From Patescibacteria group bacterium (GTDB lineage: Bacteria; Patescibacteriota; UBA1384; 2-12-FULL-50-11): a DNA stretch of 64,000 nt. Position 1 is the stretch's first letter. Each line of letters begins with the position of its first letter. The notes under the pieces were generated by a model. It was not told the DNA's origin. It worked only from the letters and a program-made list of their open reading frames with translations, and did no database searches. The stretch is from positions 2,780 through 66,779 of the forward strand of contig JALHMV010000001.1 of NCBI GenBank assembly GCA_022843855.1. Direction: 5' to 3'. Made by a program: the position numbers and the translations under genes. Shown here piece after piece: positions 8,257 to 18,947 of the stretch.

Positions 8257-8903
8257 TCTTCTTTATCTTTGAAGACGCCGCTGCAAATATCTGGGTAATC
8301 TTTTTTGAATTGGCTATCGGCGGGGACACTATCCCAAATCGCCTCAATTCGTCGCCTGGATTCGGCGTCAAAGTAGCCCATTGGGCATAATCTATCGATC
8401 AACAGCGACGCCGAGGCGAGCTCCCAGTGGATTTGTCCCGAACCATCCTCTTTGGTTGGGCGCCCTTCAATAATCTTGTCGCGACCGGTATAGCCAAGTA
8501 GTTGGCCTTTTCTAACTTTCGCAAATCGCTTAATTTCTGGCTCGATTGTGTTGAGTTCTTTGTACTCGATTTTATAAAAGCCCGAGTATGTAGTGACATC
8601 AATCGACCCCGCCTCAGTTTTACCTGCCATAAAGACCCAACCGTCGGCCGAAGCGATTATGGGCGTCACACCCATAAACCCAAAATCGATACCAGGGTGA
8701 CCGTCCGGGTTACCGTTGGCTTCGTTATGTTCTATTTTTTCGCCCATAGGAATTAGGCTAACCCGCGAGTCGTATTCGGGGGCAAACGGTAGTGAAATTT
8801 CGATATGTTTGTGCGGTAAATACGCCCACGGCTGGAATAGGAAAAGTGCCAGTAAGAGGATGATTGTTCCAACTACAATTCCGAGCCACTTTAATACTTT
8901 CAT
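8253..8903 (-). CDS. membrane-anchored LytM/M23-like domain protein (probably catalytically degenerate)
   Basis: N-terminal TM (MKVLKWLGIVVGTIILLLALFLF). M23 first motif GHPGIDF is present. The second motif is GYTG...IHWE, where HW replaces the canonical HxH. AT-rich. Confidence 0.55.
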   Translation of the reverse strand: MKVLKWLGIVVGTIILLLALFLFQPWAYLPHKHIEISLPFAPEYDSRVSLIPMGEKIEHNEANGNPDGHPGIDFGFMGVTPIIASADGWVFMAGKTEAGSIDVTTYSGFYKIEYKELNTIEPEIKRFAKVRKGQLLGYTGRDKIIEGRPTKEDGSGQIHWELASASLLIDRLCPMGYFDAESRRRIEAIWDSVPADSQFKKDYPDICSGVFKDKED

Positions 8904-8963
8904 TCTTGAATCAGCATGACAGTAAAACAAATAAACGCGAAGGGGTACCTTCGCGTTGAGCGG

Positions 8964-9176
8964 TTAGCGGTGAGTGGCGTCGTAGGCTTGTCGCTTCTCC
9001 TCTGACGCCGGGCAGGGCTTTACCAAATTGCCGTAGAAGTATTTTCTTCCGAAAAACAACAACGGGTTATCGGTAGCGCCACAGAGAACGCAAACTTCGT
9101 CGTAGAGCGATGAGTCGGAGTAGCGAGTTCGGTGCGTCGGGTGGCACTGGTCTTGGTATTCGTTAGTGATGTCCAA
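8964..9176 (-). CDS. small Cys/His-rich hypothetical protein (70 aa)
   Basis: CHPTH...CVLCG...CP residues could ligate a metal. Weak support, ORF only. Confidence 0.25.
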   Translation of the reverse strand: MDITNEYQDQCHPTHRTRYSDSSLYDEVCVLCGATDNPLLFFGRKYFYGNLVKPCPASEEKRQAYDATHR

Positions 9177-9278
9177 ACTGGGTAATTGTTGCAGAGTTCC
9201 CAGGTAGCGTCTAGTCGATTATGGATAAAGAAAAGCCGCCGAGAAAGGTGATACTTCTCGGCGGCGCTGAACGGGCTG

Positions 9279-10142
9279 TCATTCGAGCGAGGGCGGCCCA
9301 CCGAGTTGAATCATCGACGGGGTTGGCAAGTGGGTCAAGGCTCCCGGTATCCTCGAGGCCGGGAGCTGGCGATAGGCACCGCCACTGCCCTCACCGCTGA
9401 GACCGAACCTGTAGCCAACCTCACCGATAAACGCTTCCGCCAAGAGGTCGCGAGCTCGACATTCGAACAGCGTTGCGAGCTCAGGGCGGTAGCTGGGGGC
9501 TACCGGATTGCCGTATGTCTGGCAGAACAGCCAGGTGGCGCGACCGGCCACCGTAGCACGGTGCGAGGAGTAGGCGAGGTTGTCGCTGCCTAGTATTCTC
9601 GTGGTCAACGGCGCCTCAGTGATGTCGCTGACGGCGACGATAGCGTTCCGAACCAGTTCGGTCGCTTCCTTGCCTTCTCGGTCTCGGGATTCCTCCATCT
9701 CATCGTCGCCATAGCCGACTCGATTGGTTCTCTCGGCAAGCCAGTCGGAGGTGATGTCGGCAAGGCCGCTCGGCAGGCCCTCTCTGGCTTCGTAATAAGC
9801 CATCAACGTCCTGACCGTTGCGCAGACATCGAAGAGCTGGTGGCAACCGAGACGAAACGAGAGAACGTACGGTTGCTCCTCGTCCCCCGCAGTTACCAGG
9901 CACTGAACCCGGAACGGAATTCGATCCCCTTCGTCAGCCTGTCGAATCATCTCCACCATCGAGCGGTGCGCTGGCCTCGGCTGATCGCTCGCCGATCCCT
10001 GTACAAGGAGGAGCGGTCGAAGCTCTTCGGCGCTCAGAACGGGTACCCCCGAAGCGCCTGGGCTGTTGAGGCGGTCTGCTCGATGGCCGAGGCCGGTGAC
10101 AAGTGCGGTGACGGACGGTGGCCATTCTTTTGTGTGTGGCAT
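9279..10142 (-). CDS. hypothetical protein (287 aa) in a GC-rich patch
   Basis: Longest ORF in a roughly 60% GC block. Balanced acidic/basic composition, whereas the alternative frames give Arg/Pro/Gly-rich junk. No family recognised. Confidence 0.4.
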   Translation of the reverse strand: MPHTKEWPPSVTALVTGLGHRADRLNSPGASGVPVLSAEELRPLLLVQGSASDQPRPAHRSMVEMIRQADEGDRIPFRVQCLVTAGDEEQPYVLSFRLGCHQLFDVCATVRTLMAYYEAREGLPSGLADITSDWLAERTNRVGYGDDEMEESRDREGKEATELVRNAIVAVSDITEAPLTTRILGSDNLAYSSHRATVAGRATWLFCQTYGNPVAPSYRPELATLFECRARDLLAEAFIGEVGYRFGLSGEGSGGAYRQLPASRIPGALTHLPTPSMIQLGGPPSLE

Positions 10143-10328
10143 ACGTGCTCCTTGGATGCTGGGTGCGAAGACGCGTCACATTGTGTCACTCCTGACCTGC
10201 GGAGTCAATGATGTAGCTATGGGTTTAACGGGTAGAAGAGGACGGCTCTACGCCATGGATATTCATTTACTGTTTTACAACAGGCTCAGATTACGTTTTA
10301 CGAACTAAATATATTAAGAGAACCGCCC

Positions 10329-10811
10329 CTAGTCTATTTTGGGATCAATCAGTCCAGTTATATCCTTGCGCAAATCTACCGCTCCTTTAATAAATGAGAT
10401 CATCTCATCAAACTGCTCATGGATCATCAGATAAAAACTTGAGTTAATATTCACTCTGGTGAGGTACCTAAAACCCCCCCTGTCATGCCCGAACTGATTA
10501 ATCGACTTGACCCAATGCCTTTGGTCAAAGTCAAAACCTTCGGTTCGGAAGTTTTGTGTATTTATCTGAGGGCAATTTTTCTCACACACATCAAACAAGG
10601 AGATCAGGTCATGTCCAGGCTTTTGCATATCCAGGTTCAATAAGAAAGCTTTCAGATACAGCTCAATAGACCAATGGAGCAAGAAAGCTGGCACGCGGAG
10701 CTCGCTAAATTTATTTCCCGATATCTTTTGGAACATAAGGGATCGCGAATCGTTGAAAGCAGTATCAGCAAGTGCCAACCAACTATCTAGTCTGACCCGA
10801 TCTACGCCCAT
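10329..10811 (-). CDS. hypothetical protein with HEPN-like Rx6H motif (160 aa)
   Basis: AT-rich (about 38% GC). Motif ELRVPAFLLHWSIELYLKAF (R-x6-H) in a predicted helical protein. Directly downstream of dnaK. Confidence 0.4.
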   Translation of the reverse strand: MGVDRVRLDSWLALADTAFNDSRSLMFQKISGNKFSELRVPAFLLHWSIELYLKAFLLNLDMQKPGHDLISLFDVCEKNCPQINTQNFRTEGFDFDQRHWVKSINQFGHDRGGFRYLTRVNINSSFYLMIHEQFDEMISFIKGAVDLRKDITGLIDPKID

Positions 10812-10855
10812 CTTATAGAGAAAGAGGCCGTTAGGCCTCTTTCATGTTTGTTCCT

Positions 10856-12757
<1,902 letters not shown>

Positions 12758-12794
12758 AGCTTACAGCCTCCTATAAAGTTTTGTTCTAAGAAAA

Positions 12795-12822
12795 ATTGTA
12801 AAGTTTCCTTTACATTTGTCAA
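12795..12822 (-). promoter_or_regulatory. candidate sigma70 promoter for dnaK
   Basis: On the minus strand: TTGACA, a 16 nt spacer, then TACAAT. RBS TAGGAGG upstream of the dnaK ATG. No CIRCE inverted repeat was seen. Confidence 0.4.
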
Positions 12823-12830
12823 TGGCTAGC

Positions 12831-13364
12831 TTAGCCCTTGGAGACGCGAACTTTGGCGGGCTTGAGAACGGTGTCGTTCAAGAGCCAGCCGCCTTCAACT
12901 TCGTCGATGATTGTTTCAGCCGGTAAGTCGCTTGGCTCATAGGAGATCGCTTCGTGCAAATTGGCGTCAAAATGCTCGCCCTTAGTTTTAATGCGTGTCA
13001 GGCCGGCCTGGGCTAACGTTTCTTCAAGCTGCTTTTCAATCTGTTTGAGGCCGACGAAGTATCTGTGAATTCTGCCAAGCTCGTCTTCGTCCAAGACGCC
13101 ATCGGCTGAGATCGTTGGAGCGTGCGTCGCGGCACGGTAGAAGTTGTCCATAATCGGAAACAGTTTGGCGAGCCACTGAGCGCCGGCGCGTTGGCTGATC
13201 TCGGCTTTTTCTTGCTCGATCCGACGCTCGAGATTGGCGTAGTCACTGGCCAAACGAGTGCGAGATTCTTCACTAATTTCGAGCGCGTGACGGAGTTGGG
13301 CCAACTCTTTCTCAAGTTGATCTTTGGTCGGTTGACGATGCTGGGGCTTCTTTTTGGCAGACAT
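12831..13364 (-). CDS. grpE: nucleotide exchange factor GrpE
   Basis: 177 aa with a coiled-coil N-terminus and the GrpE C-terminal block (FDPNLHEAI-like FDANLHEAISYEP). Confidence 0.85.
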   Translation of the reverse strand: MSAKKKPQHRQPTKDQLEKELAQLRHALEISEESRTRLASDYANLERRIEQEKAEISQRAGAQWLAKLFPIMDNFYRAATHAPTISADGVLDEDELGRIHRYFVGLKQIEKQLEETLAQAGLTRIKTKGEHFDANLHEAISYEPSDLPAETIIDEVEGGWLLNDTVLKPAKVRVSKG

Positions 13365-13423
13365 AACGGAACAAGTGTAGGAGATTTGTAGTCATTTTTC
13401 TAGTTTCGGCGTATCAATACTAT

Positions 13424-14626
13424 ATGCGGTACGCGCCGAGTGACTCGCAGAAGTTTGTCTTGTTTTGGGTCTCGATCGTCGTCGGTACAGTGATCGGTTC
13501 GCACATCAGCGTGCCAACCACGATATTGCTGTGGGTTGGGGCGCTCTGGCTCGTTTTATTACTCAGCGGACAAGATGAACGGATCGAAACGGTCAGCGTG
13601 GGTGCGCTTGGCATCAGTGGCGGACTAGTGTTGTGGCAAGTAACGGGCGGGGAAACATGGTTTCCGTTAGAAGCGCTCTCCGGGTTGGTTGGCTGGTTGG
13701 AACGACTGCGAACGGCGATTATTGATCAGATATTTTTGGCGCTACCCGAGCCGCATGGCTCGCTCTTGACCGGAATCTTAATCGGCAATCGGGCAAAGCT
13801 TGACCCTGAGTTGCTCGATACGTTTCGAACCGTTGGACTCACTCATTTAATCGCCGTTTCGGGCTACAACTTAAGCGTTTTGACAAGTAACGTGCGGTCG
13901 CTGCTCTGGCCGCTGATCGGCCGACGTGCTCTTTTTGTAGCAGCGGCGGTCATCGTCGCCTTCGTCGTTCTCTCGGGCGCTCCGCCGTCAATCCTCCGCG
14001 CAGCAGTTATGGCAGGTAGCTTATTGCTCGCACAATTCGTTGGTCGACCGAGCCGGTCGGTTAATATTCTTATCTTTGCCGCAGGGATACTAACTGTTTT
14101 TGAACCGAAGATAGTTTTCGAGATCGGCTTTCAGTTATCAGTTGTCGCTACCTACGGCCTCGTTCGGCTTGGGCCGATCGTCGTCGATTGGCTATCCCGC
14201 TTTCAACGGCTGCCCGAAAGCTTACGATTAATCATTGGGGAGACGCTCGCGGCCACCATCGCAACCGCTCCGTTACTCGTCTTATACTTTGATCGGCTCT
14301 CGCTCATCTCTCCTATCAGTAACATTCTCGTGCTGCCGATCATGCCGCTCCTAATGGGGCTGGGGATCGTTGGCTGCCTGTTCTTGTGGATTATTCCTAG
14401 CGTCGGAGAGTACCTCATTCATATCTGCTGGCCCCTGTTGGAATGGATCGTCTTTAGTTCGACTAAGCTCGCCGCACTTCCTCACGCAACGCTCACAACC
14501 GCCATTGCCGATTGGGTGGTGATCGGCGCCGCAGCGAGCATGATCGTAGCGATTGAAGTCGGATTCTTTTATTGGCGCCGCCTCTCGCGAGATTCGGACA
14601 AATTTTTACAAATGGTTCGGGCATGA
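13424..14626 (+). CDS. comEC: ComEC/Rec2 competence membrane channel domain
   Basis: Polytopic membrane protein with the ComEC signature GLTHLIAVSGYNLSVL. Confidence 0.8.
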   Translation: MRYAPSDSQKFVLFWVSIVVGTVIGSHISVPTTILLWVGALWLVLLLSGQDERIETVSVGALGISGGLVLWQVTGGETWFPLEALSGLVGWLERLRTAIIDQIFLALPEPHGSLLTGILIGNRAKLDPELLDTFRTVGLTHLIAVSGYNLSVLTSNVRSLLWPLIGRRALFVAAAVIVAFVVLSGAPPSILRAAVMAGSLLLAQFVGRPSRSVNILIFAAGILTVFEPKIVFEIGFQLSVVATYGLVRLGPIVVDWLSRFQRLPESLRLIIGETLAATIATAPLLVLYFDRLSLISPISNILVLPIMPLLMGLGIVGCLFLWIIPSVGEYLIHICWPLLEWIVFSSTKLAALPHATLTTAIADWVVIGAAASMIVAIEVGFFYWRRLSRDSDKFLQMVRA

Positions 14627-15480
14627 AAAACCTACTGCAACTTGCGGCAATTATTGCCCTCCTTTCGCTGGTCGTATTTGGCAAGGGGGAGTTTGATGCC
14701 AATAGCGATCACAATGATCTGCGGGTGTGGTTTTTTGACGTCGGTCAAGGCGACGCGATCCTACTGGACACCCCGAGCGACCAACAAGTCCTCATCGACG
14801 GCGGTCCCAACGGATCGATATTATCCGAACTCTCCCGAGCACTCCCGTTTGGTGATAAAGACCTTGATCTAGTTATTGTGAGCCATAATCACGCCGATCA
14901 CATCGGCGGTCTTGTCGAAGTACTACGCCATTACACCGTCCGGGAGATTTGGATCTCGGGAGCGCTTCACACAACGGACGGCTACCAAAAACTCTTGGAA
15001 CTCATCAGGCAAAAAAATATTACCGCCACCGTCGTAGCGGCCGGAGCTGGCATCAACCTTGGCGAGCTCAACGGCATCGCCCTTTTTCCGTTAGATGAAA
15101 AAACCGGTCAGCTCCCGGACAATCAGCACGACGCCAACATCGTCACCTACTGGACGTACGGAACGCAGTCGATTTTGCTGACCGGTGATGCCGAAGCCGA
15201 ACACGAAGCGGCAATGTTGGCACGCGATATCGTCAAACCCGCAACAATTCTCAAAGTCGGTCACCACGGTTCGCGCACCAGCACAAGCGCGCCATTCCTA
15301 AACGCTGTCAAGCCGCAGTTTGCGGTTATCCAGGTAGGTCAGAACAACCGTTACGGACATCCGACAACCGAAGTAATCGAACGGTTGAGTGCGATCGGCG
15401 CCCAGATCCTGCGAACCGACCAGGAGGGGACGATTCTTTTTGGTATGACGTCCACGTTTACCGCCCAGCTAAGCCCTTAA
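14623..15480 (+). CDS. MBL-fold metallo-hydrolase (ComEC C-terminal beta-lactamase-like domain as a separate ORF)
   Basis: DVGQGDAILL...VIVSHNHADHIGG...VGHHGS. ATG overlaps the comEC stop (ATGA). The frame is open from 14572, in -1 frame relative to comEC. Confidence 0.75.
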   Translation: MKNLLQLAAIIALLSLVVFGKGEFDANSDHNDLRVWFFDVGQGDAILLDTPSDQQVLIDGGPNGSILSELSRALPFGDKDLDLVIVSHNHADHIGGLVEVLRHYTVREIWISGALHTTDGYQKLLELIRQKNITATVVAAGAGINLGELNGIALFPLDEKTGQLPDNQHDANIVTYWTYGTQSILLTGDAEAEHEAAMLARDIVKPATILKVGHHGSRTSTSAPFLNAVKPQFAVIQVGQNNRYGHPTTEVIERLSAIGAQILRTDQEGTILFGMTSTFTAQLSP

Positions 15481-15514
15481 GATTTTGCCTTTTCTCCGGT
15501 AAGATCGACCCAAC

Positions 15515-16246
15515 ATGGCTGGTCACTCCAAGTGGGCACAAATTAAACGACAGAAAGGCGTCGCCGATCAACGACGAGGCGCGGCGTTTAGTAAATTAAC
15601 CAATGCGATTACGATCGCGGCCAAAAACGGGTCTGACCCAGAGATGAACTTTCAGCTACGCATCGCCATCGACAAAGCCAAGGCGGCCAACATGCCAAAA
15701 GACAATATTCAGCGAGCGATCGACAAAGCGACCGGCGCGGGCGGACAAGCTCAGTTGGAAGAAGTTGTTTACGAGGCATACGGCCCCGGCGGCACAGCAT
15801 TCATGATCGAAACCGCCAGCGATAATCGGAACCGAACAGTCGGCGAGATTAGAGCGACACTCAATAAGCTTGATGGCAAGTTAGCCGAGACAGGTTCGGT
15901 TGGCTATCTGTTTAAAAAACGAGGGGTCATTACCGTTGAGACAACAGACATTGAACAAGCCGAGCTCGCTGCCATCGACGCCGGCGCCGAAGATTTTGAG
16001 CCGACCGAAACCGGCCTCATCGTTTACACTGATCCGAAGGAAATCGAGAATGTTCGCCGAGCACTGAGCACTAACGGCCTGGAGGCAACCGAAGTAGCGC
16101 TAGAGTTTCATCCGACTTCCATCGTCCAAGTGAGCGACCCCGGAGTTGCCAAAAAAAATATTACGCTTTCAGAAACCCTCGACGAGCTCGATGACGTTGT
16201 GACCGTATCAAGCAACTTCGACGTCGACGAAAACCTGCTACAGTAA
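15515..16246 (+). CDS. yebC: YebC/PmpR family transcriptional regulator
   Basis: MAGHSKWAQIKRQKG...; 243 aa. Confidence 0.9.
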   Translation: MAGHSKWAQIKRQKGVADQRRGAAFSKLTNAITIAAKNGSDPEMNFQLRIAIDKAKAANMPKDNIQRAIDKATGAGGQAQLEEVVYEAYGPGGTAFMIETASDNRNRTVGEIRATLNKLDGKLAETGSVGYLFKKRGVITVETTDIEQAELAAIDAGAEDFEPTETGLIVYTDPKEIENVRRALSTNGLEATEVALEFHPTSIVQVSDPGVAKKNITLSETLDELDDVVTVSSNFDVDENLLQ

Positions 16247-16253
16247 GCTACGC

Positions 16254-16739
16254 ATGGAGGGGAAACGCATTTTGGGGGTTGACCCTGGTTCAGGCCGCCT
16301 CGGCCTAGGACTAATCGAGATTGTAAACAACAAACCCCATCTAATTCATTACGACTGCATCACCACGACGCCAAACGCGCCGGAGACGCAAAAGCTTAAA
16401 CACATCTATGAAGAACTCGTCCACCGACTGAGCGAAATTAAACCCGACGTGCTAACGATCGAGACTCTCTTTTTCACCCGCAACGTCACGAGCGCCTTCT
16501 CGGTCGGTCAGGCGCGGGGCGTTGTCCTACTTGCTGCCGCACAAGCCAACATAGAAGTTACCGAGATCGCACCACTACGCTTAAAGAAGGTGCTACTCGG
16601 CAACGGCACGGCCAAGAAAAAAGATATTCAAAATTTTATCCGCCACTACTTTGATATCGACGACAAAAAGAAGCTCGGCGACGACGCCGCCGACGCTGTT
16701 GCGATCGCTTTAAGCCAGGTTCTTCAGCCCGAAACCTGA
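16254..16739 (+). CDS. ruvC: crossover junction endodeoxyribonuclease RuvC
   Basis: ILGVDPGSGRLGLGLIE with catalytic Asp; 161 aa, downstream of yebC. Confidence 0.85.
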   Translation: MEGKRILGVDPGSGRLGLGLIEIVNNKPHLIHYDCITTTPNAPETQKLKHIYEELVHRLSEIKPDVLTIETLFFTRNVTSAFSVGQARGVVLLAAAQANIEVTEIAPLRLKKVLLGNGTAKKKDIQNFIRHYFDIDDKKKLGDDAADAVAIALSQVLQPET

Positions 16740-17860
16740 GGGGGGTTAGGCTCTCCCCAAATTCCCGTGCCGTTAAGGGCGTCAACAAGAACCGCCTTTA
16801 TTCGTTCGATCGCAAAATCTGCTCGTTCGTGTACCGCCGGATCCTCGCTCGACTTCTTTAGCTGCGTCCAGTAGTTCAGCTCACCAATGCCCCTGTTGCA
16901 GAGCATATTTGCTCGAAAGCAAATCGGGAAGTCTTCGTTATTGCGAGCTGCGGCCGAGCGATACAATTGCTCCTGAAGCTCAGGACTATGAAAGAGGTCA
17001 ATGAATAAAAAGGCGTAATCAGACGAAGGGTCGTTAACCCGATTGAGCCGTTCCCAGTCAAAAAAACCGATCTTGCCGTTTTCTTGCTTAATAATATTTG
17101 TCGGGTTAATGTCACCGGCGACTAACTTGGTTGGTGTTCGATCAAAGACTTCCTTCGACTGCTCCAGGAAATCTGCTGCCTGTTGATAAGCCTTCTGGCC
17201 AAGGTGTTCGGCAAGCGCTGACGACCAACTATTGAACTTCTTCTTAAAGTGATCGTAAGCAGAGCGTGTTTCCACATCAAGATCAGTCACCGATCTCTCA
17301 TTGAGATTGGCGTATTTTCCAAAAGTATCGATAAACTCAACGATCGTCTCCATATCTTCCGGTGTAATTAAATCCGGTGATGCTTCGTGAATAGTACCGA
17401 GCAACTTCCCTTTGAACATATTCTCAACAAGATATGTAGGTCGATCAGGCTCGGTACACGACTGGCTGATCGTAGGGAAATCCGCTTTTTCTTGGAGATC
17501 AGGCGGAAACTGTTGGTAAACATCAGGGGCGATATCTCTCAGGAAAACTATCTCGTTAAGTCCATTGACATAACTTCCATCACCTGGTTCCGGACCAAGC
17601 TTGTAGATCGAGGAATGCTCGTTAGAGCTTTCGCCGATATCAACTACCTCCGCAACCGTAAATGGACGTTCGGCTTCGGAAAAGATTCGACCGTTATAAA
17701 AGTCTCGATCGATCTCGTACGCTCTTCCGCCCTGGATAATTTGGTACGGAAAAACTCCCAGCTCCTTAAGATCGGCCTGGACCAGCTCGAGCCGGGAGAT
17801 TGGCTCTCCTTCGGGCTTTTCGTCCATCGCATCCGGCTGGTAGCCCAACGATTCAGGCAT
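16724..17860 (-). CDS. APH/choline-kinase-fold phosphotransferase (putative sugar or small-molecule kinase)
   Basis: Kinase-fold catalytic block LVAGDINPTNIIKQ...FFDWERL (HGD/DxxxxN ... D[FW]E pattern). Last gene of a GT4 operon. Confidence 0.6.
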   Translation of the reverse strand: MPESLGYQPDAMDEKPEGEPISRLELVQADLKELGVFPYQIIQGGRAYEIDRDFYNGRIFSEAERPFTVAEVVDIGESSNEHSSIYKLGPEPGDGSYVNGLNEIVFLRDIAPDVYQQFPPDLQEKADFPTISQSCTEPDRPTYLVENMFKGKLLGTIHEASPDLITPEDMETIVEFIDTFGKYANLNERSVTDLDVETRSAYDHFKKKFNSWSSALAEHLGQKAYQQAADFLEQSKEVFDRTPTKLVAGDINPTNIIKQENGKIGFFDWERLNRVNDPSSDYAFLFIDLFHSPELQEQLYRSAAARNNEDFPICFRANMLCNRGIGELNYWTQLKKSSEDPAVHERADFAIERIKAVLVDALNGTGIWGEPNPPQVSG

Positions 17861-17861
17861 C

Positions 17862-18947
17862 TCAACTCTTCGTCGCTACCTCTTTGAGAACTTTTTCGAA
17901 TGTTGTGAGATACTCGGCGACAACCCGATCACTGGAAAAACGCTGTTCGGCAACTCTACGACAATGTTCGCGACTAATCGAGTCAATCTTTTCCATCGCC
18001 GCTTTGATCTCATCCACGCTATCCGCCAAGAAGCCGGTTTCGCCATCATTAACAACTTCGGGCATCGCGCCGTTTGACGAAGCAATAACCGGTGTCCCGG
18101 CAGCGAGCGCTTCGATCGCGACTAAGCCAAAAGCCTCGCTCATCTGAGTCGGAAAGATAAAGCCTTTCGCATCAGCGTAAATGGGCGGCAGTTCACTGTG
18201 TGGCTTCGCGCCTAGATAGCGAATCTTTTCACCGTCGACATACGGCTTAATCTCACTATCAAAGTAATCCTGGTCGTTGGGGTAGACCGGTCCGATAATA
18301 TCCAAAGGCTGTCCGAGCTGGTGGGCCGCCTGGACAGCGAGGTGCGCCCCTTTCGATCGTAAAATCCGCGAAACAAACAGCCACCGTTCGCCCGCCTCTT
18401 TTTTCCACGGATAACTTTCGATTTCGAGCCCGTGGTAAATGGTTGCCGCCCACCGAGCATCCGGTAGCGGCTCTTTTTGTTTTTCTGAAATCGCGATAAA
18501 GAAAATATTCTTCAAGTCACGATGCGCATCGTGATTAGCGTGGATATTTTCGACATCAAGCGGGTTATGAAGGGTGAAGACAACCGGGGTATCCGGCATT
18601 ACGCGAGCAAACGGTAAGGCCAGTAAGAAGCTATCAAGGTGAATGACGTCGAATTCTTTGGCGCGCGCTGCGATATGCGACAGAAAAACAGCATCGCCCC
18701 AAATCGTCATTTCTTGCTTCATCCCCGGGGGGACGGTCTCCCACCGCGGATCTTCGTTGACGGCGACAAAGTTACAGTCCACAAGTGTGGCTGGAGTTTT
18801 GGTGCCTTTGGGCGCGAACCAGGTCACCTCGTGCCCCTGAGCGAGAAAGCCGCGGGTCAGCTGATCCGCCACATCGTAGGGAGCAAAAACCTTACCCGCT
18901 GGGTAGGGGAAGGCGTACTTCGAAGTAACAAATTTAGCGATCTTCAT
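17862..18947 (-). CDS. glycosyltransferase family 4 (GT-B fold)
   Basis: E-x7-E type motif EAFGLVAIEALAAGTPVIASSNGAMPEVV..GETGFL. Confidence 0.8.
   Translation of the reverse strand: MKIAKFVTSKYAFPYPAGKVFAPYDVADQLTRGFLAQGHEVTWFAPKGTKTPATLVDCNFVAVNEDPRWETVPPGMKQEMTIWGDAVFLSHIAARAKEFDVIHLDSFLLALPFARVMPDTPVVFTLHNPLDVENIHANHDAHRDLKNIFFIAISEKQKEPLPDARWAATIYHGLEIESYPWKKEAGERWLFVSRILRSKGAHLAVQAAHQLGQPLDIIGPVYPNDQDYFDSEIKPYVDGEKIRYLGAKPHSELPPIYADAKGFIFPTQMSEAFGLVAIEALAAGTPVIASSNGAMPEVVNDGETGFLADSVDEIKAAMEKIDSISREHCRRVAEQRFSSDRVVAEYLTTFEKVLKEVATKS

Noticed and set aside
9306-10211. Plus-strand and other minus-strand ORFs in the 60% GC block (9306..9593, 9818..10069, 9840..10211, 9934..10179, 9700..9903)
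   Set aside because: Their R/G/P-rich translations are typical of GC-rich wrong frames. The 287 aa minus-strand ORF has the only protein-like composition.
12758-13423. Looked for hrcA and a CIRCE inverted repeat (TTAGCACTC-N9-GAGTGCTAA) around grpE-dnaK
   Set aside because: No CIRCE-like element is present. A plain sigma70-like promoter is seen instead.
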